NCBI GenBank assembly: GCA_022825505.1
Contig: JAJDWR010000063.1
Location: 161,611-225,610 of the forward strand
Origin: Gammaproteobacteria bacterium
GTDB taxonomy: Bacteria > Pseudomonadota > Gammaproteobacteria > Steroidobacterales > Rariloculaceae
Length of the DNA stretch: 64,000 nt
Direction of reading: 5' to 3'
Part shown: piece after piece, positions 58,107 to 64,000 of the stretch
Numbering within the stretch: the first letter of the stretch is position 1
How the letters are laid out: each line of letters starts with the position of its first letter
Made by a program: the position numbers and the translations under genes
The notes under the pieces: model-generated
Told to the model about the DNA's origin: nothing
The model's input: the letters and a program-made list of their open reading frames with translations, nothing else
Databases searched by the model: none

Positions 58107-58177
58107 TTGCAGGCCAGGCCGCTTCCCCGTAACATGCGCCGGCTTCGCGGCCCGGCAATGAAACAAGGTTGAATTTC

Positions 58178-59935
58178 ATGCGCAGCCACTACTGCGGTCA
58201 GGTGGACCGTTCCCAACTCGGCGAGGAGATCGCGGTTGCCGGCTGGGTGCATCGGCGGCGCGATCACGGCGGCGTCATCTTCGTCGACCTGCGGGACCGG
58301 GAGGGGTTGCTGCAGGTGGTTTTCGACCCCGGAGATCCGGATACCTTCGCCGAGGCCGAACGCCTTCGGGGCGAGTACGTGCTCGCGGTGCGTGGGCGCG
58401 TGCGCGAGCGGCCCGAGGGCACGGTCAACCCGAACATGGCTACCGGAGAAGTCGAGCTTGAGGCCACTGAACTGACGGTACTCAACCGGGCGAACACGCC
58501 GCCCTTTCATCACGACGAGCCTGCCGGCGAGGATCTGCGGCTGCGTTACCGTTACCTGGACCTCAGGCGCGAAGACATGCAGCGCAATCTGCGGCTGCGC
58601 CATGCCGTGGCGCGGTCGATACGGGGATTCCTCGACGACCACGGCTTCGTGGAGCTTGAGACGCCGGTTCTCACGAAGACGACGCCGGAAGGCGCGAGGG
58701 ATTACCTGGTCCCGAGCCGGACGCACACGGGCCGCTTCTTCGCCCTGCCGCAGTCGCCGCAACTGCTGAAGCAGTTGCTGATGATGTCGGGCTTTGACCG
58801 TTACTACCAGATCGTCAAGTGCTTCAGGGACGAGGACCTGCGCGCCGACCGCCAGCCCGAGTTCACCCAGGTGGACATCGAGACCTCCTTCATGGACGAA
58901 GAGGCCATCATGGCGGTGATGGAGGATCTCGTGCGGCATGCGTTCCGGACGGTGCTGGATGTCGAGTTGCCTGATCCATTGCCGCGGCTGACGTACCGGG
59001 AAGCCACGGAACGCTACGGAACCGACGCGCCGGACCTGCGCAACCCGCTGGTATTGACGGAAGTGGCCGACCTGATGCGCGGGGTCGAGTTCAGGGTCTT
59101 TGCCGGCCCCGCCGCCGATGCCGGGAGTCGCGTGGCGGTCCTGCGCCTGCCCGGCGGCGCGGACCTGAGCCGCGGCGCCATCGACGGCTACACGGATCTC
59201 GCCGCGCGCCATGGCGCCAGGGGCCTGGCCTGGATCAAGGTGATCGACCGCGCCGCGGGGCAGTTGCAGTCGCCGATTCTCAAGTTCCTTCCCGACGAGG
59301 TCGTGGCTGCCGTTCTGGACCGAGCCGGTGCCGAGAGCGGCGATATCGTCTTCTTCGGTGCCGGCAAGACACAGGTCGTCAACGACACGTTGAGCGCCGT
59401 TCGCCGACAGTTGGGCCGCGACCGCGGCCTGATTCGCGACGGCTGGGCGCCGCTCTGGGTGGTGGATTTCCCGCTGTTCCAGCAAGACGGGGAGGGAGGC
59501 TGGACGCCGTCTCATCATCCCTTCACGGCCCCGCTTGCAGACGACCCGGTCGATTTGTCGGCGGATCCCGGCAATACCCTCTCCCGAGCCTACGACATGG
59601 TCCTCAACGGCACCGAGATCGGCGGCGGTTCGATACGTATCCACACACCCGTCATGCAGTCCGCGGTATTCGAACTGCTCGGCATCGGCGAGGCGGAGGC
59701 CAACGAGAAGTTCGGTTTCCTGCTGCAGGCGATGGAATACGGTTGCCCGCCCCACGGCGGCATCGCCTTCGGGCTGGACCGGCTGGTGATGCTGATGGCC
59801 GGCGCCGACAGCATCCGCGAAGTCATCGCCTTCCCCAAGACCCAGACCGCCAGCGACCCGCTGACCGGCGCCCCCAGTCCCGCCGGCGCCGCGCAACTCA
59901 GGGAAGTGGGCATTCGGCTGCGCAGAAAGGGTTAG
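58178..59935 (+). CDS. aspS: aspartate--tRNA ligase
   Basis: [43 protein letters not shown] (OB anticodon-binding domain). Class II motifs [18 protein letters not shown] and GGGSIRIH...[10 protein letters not shown]. Confidence 0.95.
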   Translation: MRSHYCGQVDRSQLGEEIAVAGWVHRRRDHGGVIFVDLRDREGLLQVVFDPGDPDTFAEAERLRGEYVLAVRGRVRERPEGTVNPNMATGEVELEATELTVLNRANTPPFHHDEPAGEDLRLRYRYLDLRREDMQRNLRLRHAVARSIRGFLDDHGFVELETPVLTKTTPEGARDYLVPSRTHTGRFFALPQSPQLLKQLLMMSGFDRYYQIVKCFRDEDLRADRQPEFTQVDIETSFMDEEAIMAVMEDLVRHAFRTVLDVELPDPLPRLTYREATERYGTDAPDLRNPLVLTEVADLMRGVEFRVFAGPAADAGSRVAVLRLPGGADLSRGAIDGYTDLAARHGARGLAWIKVIDRAAGQLQSPILKFLPDEVVAAVLDRAGAESGDIVFFGAGKTQVVNDTLSAVRRQLGRDRGLIRDGWAPLWVVDFPLFQQDGEGGWTPSHHPFTAPLADDPVDLSADPGNTLSRAYDMVLNGTEIGGGSIRIHTPVMQSAVFELLGIGEAEANEKFGFLLQAMEYGCPPHGGIAFGLDRLVMLMAGADSIREVIAFPKTQTASDPLTGAPSPAGAAQLREVGIRLRRKG

Positions 59936-59988
59936 CAGGGGCGGGGGCCGGTGTCGTCCGTGACCTTTTGCCGGCAACTTTCCGGAAG

Positions 59989-60543
59989 TTGACCTTGGCG
60001 GAGTTCAAGCGTCCGGAATCCGTGCTGGTGGTGATGTACACCTCGCAGGTCGAGTGCCTGCTGTTGGAACGCGTCTCTCCCCGGGGCTTCTGGCAATCCG
60101 TAACCGGAACGCTTCGCTGGCGGGAAACGCCGGCCGACGCCGCTGTCAGGGAAGTGCGCGAGGAAACGGGCCTGGACTGCACCGCACCCGAATCGCATGC
60201 CACGTCGGGCGAATCGGGGGAGGCGTGTCTGGACAACGGTCGCTCGGCGCCCGTGCTGGTGGAAACCGGGATCACACGGCGATTCCCTATCCGTCCCGAA
60301 TGGCGGGATCGCTACGGACCAGGCGTTGCGGAGAACCTGGAGCACCTCCTTTACCTGGAGTTGCCGAAAGCCTGCACCCCAGCGCTGAACTCTGACGAGC
60401 ATGTTGCCTATCGGTGGATGGGCCTGGAGCAGGCGATCGACAAGGTCGCCTCGTGGACCAATCGCGAGGCGCTGGAGCGGTTGCGCGCTTCCCGGGGGGG
60501 AACCACCAAAACAGCGCATAAGGCATGCGGGCAACGAAAGTAA
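59989..60543 (+). CDS. nudB: Nudix hydrolase, NudB-like (dihydroneopterin triphosphate diphosphatase)
   Basis: KRPESVLVVMYT...FWQSVTGTLRWRETPADAAVREVREETGL parallels E. coli NudB (KRPVSILVVIYA...FWQSVTGSVEEGETAPQAAMREVKEE). It is adjacent to aspS as in E. coli. The TTG start at 59989 is uncertain because no good SD is present. Confidence 0.6.
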   Translation: MTLAEFKRPESVLVVMYTSQVECLLLERVSPRGFWQSVTGTLRWRETPADAAVREVREETGLDCTAPESHATSGESGEACLDNGRSAPVLVETGITRRFPIRPEWRDRYGPGVAENLEHLLYLELPKACTPALNSDEHVAYRWMGLEQAIDKVASWTNREALERLRASRGGTTKTAHKACGQRK

Positions 60544-60618
60544 GCAACAGCGAATGAGTCAAGGCGCACGGCGAAAGCAAGCAACAGCGCATGACGCAAG
60601 GCGCGCGGCGATCGTACG
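60507..60618. repeat. three tandem copies of a ~37-bp unit (two clear, one degenerate) at the nudB/mutS convergent junction
   Basis: The units start at about 60507, 60545 and 60582. The second and third align at roughly 29 of 37 positions (CAACAGCGAATGAGTCAAGGCGCACGGCGAAAGCAAG versus CAACAGCGCATGACGCAAGGCGCGCGGCGATCGTACG). The first overlaps the last codons of nudB. Confidence 0.6.
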
Positions 60619-60688
60619 CAGCGGCGATTGCTCCCTCCGACCTAGCGGAATTTGATGGCATGGCCCAGCGCCCTACGCGCAGCGACAA

Positions 60689-63265
60689 CTACTCGTTTGC
60701 CTTCCCGGACGCGGCCAATTCGTACAACAGCTCCAGCGCCTGCCGCGGCGTCAGCGAGTCGGGGTCCACCTCCCGCAGTCGCAGCCGGATGGGGTCCTCT
60801 TCCACGGGTGCTGCTTCGGGTTCGGATCGCTGCAGAGGCAGTTCGACCTGGGGATGATTGCCTGAACCGTGCTCGCGCGCTTCCAGCGCGGCCAGGTAGT
60901 GCCGTGCGTCCGCCACGACTCTCGCCGGGACCCCGGCCAGCCGCGCCACCTGCAGGCCGTAGCTCTGGTTGGCAGGACCCTCCTTGACGGCGTGGAGAAA
61001 GATCAGTTCGTCGCCGTGTTCGGCGGCGTCCAGGTGCACGTTGGCGCAGTCGGGCAGTTGTTCCGGCAGGCTAGTGAGCTCGAAATAGTGCGTGGCGAAG
61101 AGCGTGAACGCACGGGATTCCCGGGCGATGTGCCGGGCCGCGGCCCAGGCCAGCGACAGGCCGTCGAAGGTGCTGGTGCCGCGCCCCACCTCGTCCATCA
61201 GGACCAGGCTCGAGGCGGTGGCGTTGTTGAGAATGTTGGCGGTCTCGGTCATCTCAACCATGAAGGTGGAGCGCCCGCCCGACAGGTCGTCCGAGGCTCC
61301 GACGCGGGTGAAGATCCGGTCGATCGGACCGATACGCGCCTCGGCCGCCGGCACGAAGCTGCCGATGTGCGCAAGGATGGCGATGAGGGCAGTCTGGCGC
61401 ATGTAGGTCGACTTGCCGCCCATGTTGGGCCCGGTGATGATCAGCATCCGCCGCCGGTCGCCGAGCACGAGATCGTTGGGTACGAAGGGATCGGTACTTG
61501 CCTGCTCCACCGCCAGGTGGCGTCCGGAACGGTAGCGGAGTTCGGGATTGCCGGTCAGCTCGGGCCTGCTCAGGTCCAGCGCCACCGCGCGATCCGCCAG
61601 GTTGGCCAGTACATCGATCTCCGCAACGCACTCCGCGGTCTGCTGCAGTTCGGGGAGATGTTCGTTGAGCGCCTCCAGCACCTCTTCGTAGAGCGAGCGC
61701 TCCCGCGCCAGCGCGCGTTCCCGGGAGCTCAGAATCTTGTCCTCGAACTCCTTGAGCTCCGCGACGATGAAGCGCTCGTTGCCCTTCAGCGTCTGGCGCC
61801 GCACGTAATCGTCGGGCGCCTGCCGGGCCTGGGCCTTGCTGATCTCGATGTAGTAGCCGTGGACGCGGTTGTAGCCTACCCGGAGATTGGCAAGCCCCGT
61901 GCGCTCGCGTTCGCGTTGCTCGAAGTCGTCGAGGTATTGGCTGGCGTCGGCGCTGATGGTTCGCAGTTCGTCCAGCCGCGTGTCGTAGCCCGCAGCGATC
62001 ACGCCGCCGTCCTTCAACGTCACGGGCGGTTCGGCGACGATGGCCCTGTCGAGCAGGTCGAGTTGAGCGTCGTGCTCGCCGCAGCCCTGGACAAGCGCGT
62101 CCAGGCGCGGCGAGTCCAGCCGAGCGATCCGCGCGGTCACACCGGGCAGTTCCCGCAACGCGTGCCGCAACTGCGCCAGGTCCCGCGGCCGCGCCGAGCG
62201 CAATCCCACTCGGGTGAGGATTCGCTCCATGTCGCCCATGTCCCGCAGGGTCGACTGCAGGGATTCGGCCGAACCGGCACGGATCATCGTCTCGATGGCC
62301 TGCTGGCGTTGCCGGAGCGCGTCCCGGTCGCGAATCGGGCGATTGATCCAGTGTCGGAGCAACCGGCTGCCCATGGGCGTGGCGCAGCGGTCCATGAGCC
62401 CCACCAGCGAGAACTCGCTCCTTGCCGTCGCGGTGGTTTCGATCTCAAGATTACGGCGCGTGGCGGCGTCCATGACGATGGCGTCCTCGCGCCGTTCGCG
62501 AACCATCCCGCGGATGTGCGGCGCCGCGGAACGCTGCGTGTCCTTGACGTACTGCAGGAGGCATCCCGCAGCACCCACGGCGGCTGGCGCATCCCCGGCA
62601 TCGAAGCCGGAAAGATCGCGGGTTCCGAACTGCTTGCACAGCGACCGTTCGGCGGCTTCCGGATCCAGGTGCCAGGGCGGCCGTTCCCTCAGGCCATCGA
62701 AATCGCTCAGCCATCCGGCACGGGGCGCGTCCTCGGCAAGCAGTATTTCGGCCGGCCTCAGCCGTTCCAGCTCGCCGCGCAGGGCGTCGCTGTCCACCAG
62801 TTCGGCGATGGCGAACCGGCCGCTGGCCAGGTCGAGCCACGCGAGCCCGGCGGCGCCGGTCCGGTCCAGGTTGATCGCTGCCAGGTGCGAGGCCCGTTTC
62901 GAGTCCAGCAGGGCGTCTTCGGTGAGCGTCCCCGGCGTGACGATGCGCACGACTTCCCGTGCCACCGGCCCCTTGCCCGCCCCGGGATCGCCGATCTGTT
63001 CGCAGATGGCCACGGATTCGCCCAGGCGCACGAGCCGACCCAGGTAGTTGTCCACCGCGCGCACCGGTACCCCGGCCATGGGGATGGGTTCGCCGCCGGA
63101 CTGCCCGCGGCTGGTGAGCGCGATGTCCATCAATTCGGCGGCCCGGCGGGCGTCGTCGTAGAACAGCTCGTAGAAATCCCCCATGCGGTAGAAGAGCAGC
63201 ACATCCGGATGCTGGGCCTTGATTCCCAGGTACTGCCGCATCATGGGGGTGTGGGGTTTGTTCAA
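60689..63265 (-). CDS. mutS: DNA mismatch repair protein MutS
   Basis: TTG (complement 63263-63265) gives (M)[38 protein letters not shown], parallel to E. coli ..[35 protein letters not shown]. Walker [14 protein letters not shown]. The product is about 858 aa. The upstream part of ORF 60689..63655 is not MutS-like. Confidence 0.95.
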   Translation of the reverse strand: MNKPHTPMMRQYLGIKAQHPDVLLFYRMGDFYELFYDDARRAAELMDIALTSRGQSGGEPIPMAGVPVRAVDNYLGRLVRLGESVAICEQIGDPGAGKGPVAREVVRIVTPGTLTEDALLDSKRASHLAAINLDRTGAAGLAWLDLASGRFAIAELVDSDALRGELERLRPAEILLAEDAPRAGWLSDFDGLRERPPWHLDPEAAERSLCKQFGTRDLSGFDAGDAPAAVGAAGCLLQYVKDTQRSAAPHIRGMVRERREDAIVMDAATRRNLEIETTATARSEFSLVGLMDRCATPMGSRLLRHWINRPIRDRDALRQRQQAIETMIRAGSAESLQSTLRDMGDMERILTRVGLRSARPRDLAQLRHALRELPGVTARIARLDSPRLDALVQGCGEHDAQLDLLDRAIVAEPPVTLKDGGVIAAGYDTRLDELRTISADASQYLDDFEQRERERTGLANLRVGYNRVHGYYIEISKAQARQAPDDYVRRQTLKGNERFIVAELKEFEDKILSSRERALARERSLYEEVLEALNEHLPELQQTAECVAEIDVLANLADRAVALDLSRPELTGNPELRYRSGRHLAVEQASTDPFVPNDLVLGDRRRMLIITGPNMGGKSTYMRQTALIAILAHIGSFVPAAEARIGPIDRIFTRVGASDDLSGGRSTFMVEMTETANILNNATASSLVLMDEVGRGTSTFDGLSLAWAAARHIARESRAFTLFATHYFELTSLPEQLPDCANVHLDAAEHGDELIFLHAVKEGPANQSYGLQVARLAGVPARVVADARHYLAALEAREHGSGNHPQVELPLQRSEPEAAPVEEDPIRLRLREVDPDSLTPRQALELLYELAASGKANE

Positions 63266-63437
63266 GATCAGGCAGTCCGTGGCAAGAGTTCCGCGCCGCA
63301 CCGAGACCGGCGACGCGGGTTCGATGAAACGCGCACATTGTAATCGGCTTCTCCCTGTCGAGCCGTGCCCCCGGGGTTGACTGTCCCGACCGGCTGGCAG
63401 AGGATTTCCCGTTCGTGACGCAATCGGGAGTGTGTCA

Positions 63438-64000
63438 ATGCAGGGAAGCAGGGTATGGCGGACCTGGACCGTTTCGGCGGTTGCGCTGCTCGCTGCGGGC
63501 GCGGCGCAGGCGCAGCCGGAACTCATTTTCGTCCCCGCCAATGCAGCGCTCCCGTATGCCGTCCGGGCGTACCAGGCGATCTGGGACGAAGACGGAGAAC
63601 GCATCGTGGCCGCACTGGAGGCCCGGACATGCCTGCCGTTTTCGGAATCCAGCATTACGGCCGTCGTGGACTACGCGGTCAGTCATTCCGGCGGGTACAA
63701 CTCCCCGATGCGCCTCCGCGGGAGCTACGCGCCCGACGTGAAGAGGTCCACGCTGGTTCACGAACTCGGCCACCGCCACCTGTGGCAGCTTGCCGCAAGG
63801 CTGGAAGGCGTCGACGGACACATGACCCTGTACCTGATTCTCGACCGCGTGTGGGCGGATGTCTGGGGGGAGGAATTCGCCGAGGAGCGCGTACAGTACG
63901 AAGCGAACTGGGGCGGCGAATACGCGGTCGCCTGGGCGTGGGCGCGATCGTTAAGCTCGGAAGAACGCTGGCAACTGTGGAACCGGCTCCTGGTCATGAA
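63438..64000 (+). CDS. secreted hypothetical protein with HExxH motif (3' end outside window)
   Basis: This ORF is absent from the supplied track, presumably because it has no stop in the window. ATG at 63438 has GGGAG 8 nt upstream. I translated frame 3 by hand to nt 64000 and found no stop. Signal peptide [27 protein letters not shown]. Motif VHELGHRH. Confidence 0.5.
   Translation, partial: MQGSRVWRTWTVSAVALLAAGAAQAQPELIFVPANAALPYAVRAYQAIWDEDGERIVAALEARTCLPFSESSITAVVDYAVSHSGGYNSPMRLRGSYAPDVKRSTLVHELGHRHLWQLAARLEGVDGHMTLYLILDRVWADVWGEEFAEERVQYEANWGGEYAVAWAWARSLSSEERWQLWNRLLVM

Noticed and set aside
60507-60618. Possible CRISPR array
   Set aside because: The repeats are contiguous with no unique spacers. 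There are only two to three copies, they are imperfect, and no cas genes are present in the window.
63266-63655. 130-codon N-terminal extension of the mutS ORF
   Set aside because: The MutS homology begins at ..[12 protein letters not shown]. The upstream translation is unrelated low-complexity sequence and would make the protein about 130 aa longer than typical MutS. A TTG at 63265 gives the canonical N-terminus.

Overview
This window is a visibly GC-rich chromosomal core segment of gammaproteobacterial type, almost fully coding and dominated by housekeeping genes. All calls come from reading the translations and the DNA by eye. No homology search was run, and start codons are approximate.

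Gene order, left to right:
- 3' part of the cytochrome bc1 operon (petB partial, petC), then sspA.
- A five-gene block of exported proteins: a sulfite-oxidase-family molybdoenzyme, a diheme cytochrome c, an NHL propeller lipoprotein, a DUF6152-like protein and a Tat-signal MmgE/PrpD protein.
- diaA-yraN-lpoA on the minus strand, divergent from rsmI, then RNase P RNA (rnpB).
- A complete dcw cell-wall/division cluster, mraZ through lpxC, with no ddl.
- An MFS transporter and a TauD-like dioxygenase.
- pilD-coaE-zapD, convergent with mutT-secA.
- A DUF721/DciA-like gene, then pilC-pilB-pilA on the minus strand.
- sucCD-nadE, then bamD divergent from rluD-pgeF.
- A five-gene insertion: oxidoreductase, adenine/adenosine deaminase, STAS protein, DUF6569/ARPP-1-like protein and a MerR-like regulator.
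- clpB, an FmdB zinc-ribbon gene, a DUF502 gene, aspS, nudB-like, mutS, and a 3'-truncated secreted HExxH protein.

I found no tRNA or rRNA genes, CRISPR arrays, transposases, integrases, phage genes or recognisable defence or toxin genes.

The most system-like unexplained element is the DUF6569-STAS-deaminase operon, which diverges from a MerR-like gene across an AT-rich repeat-bearing spacer (50.9-54.2 kb). This is only a hypothesis.

Other points of note:
- An apparent ~6.4 kb inversion separating pilBC from pilD and flipping secA relative to lpxC.
- The all-exported island that replaces sspB.
- A four-repeat MraZ-type operator upstream of mraZ.
- A long hairpin at 7566..7616.
- A 37-bp tandem repeat between nudB and mutS.
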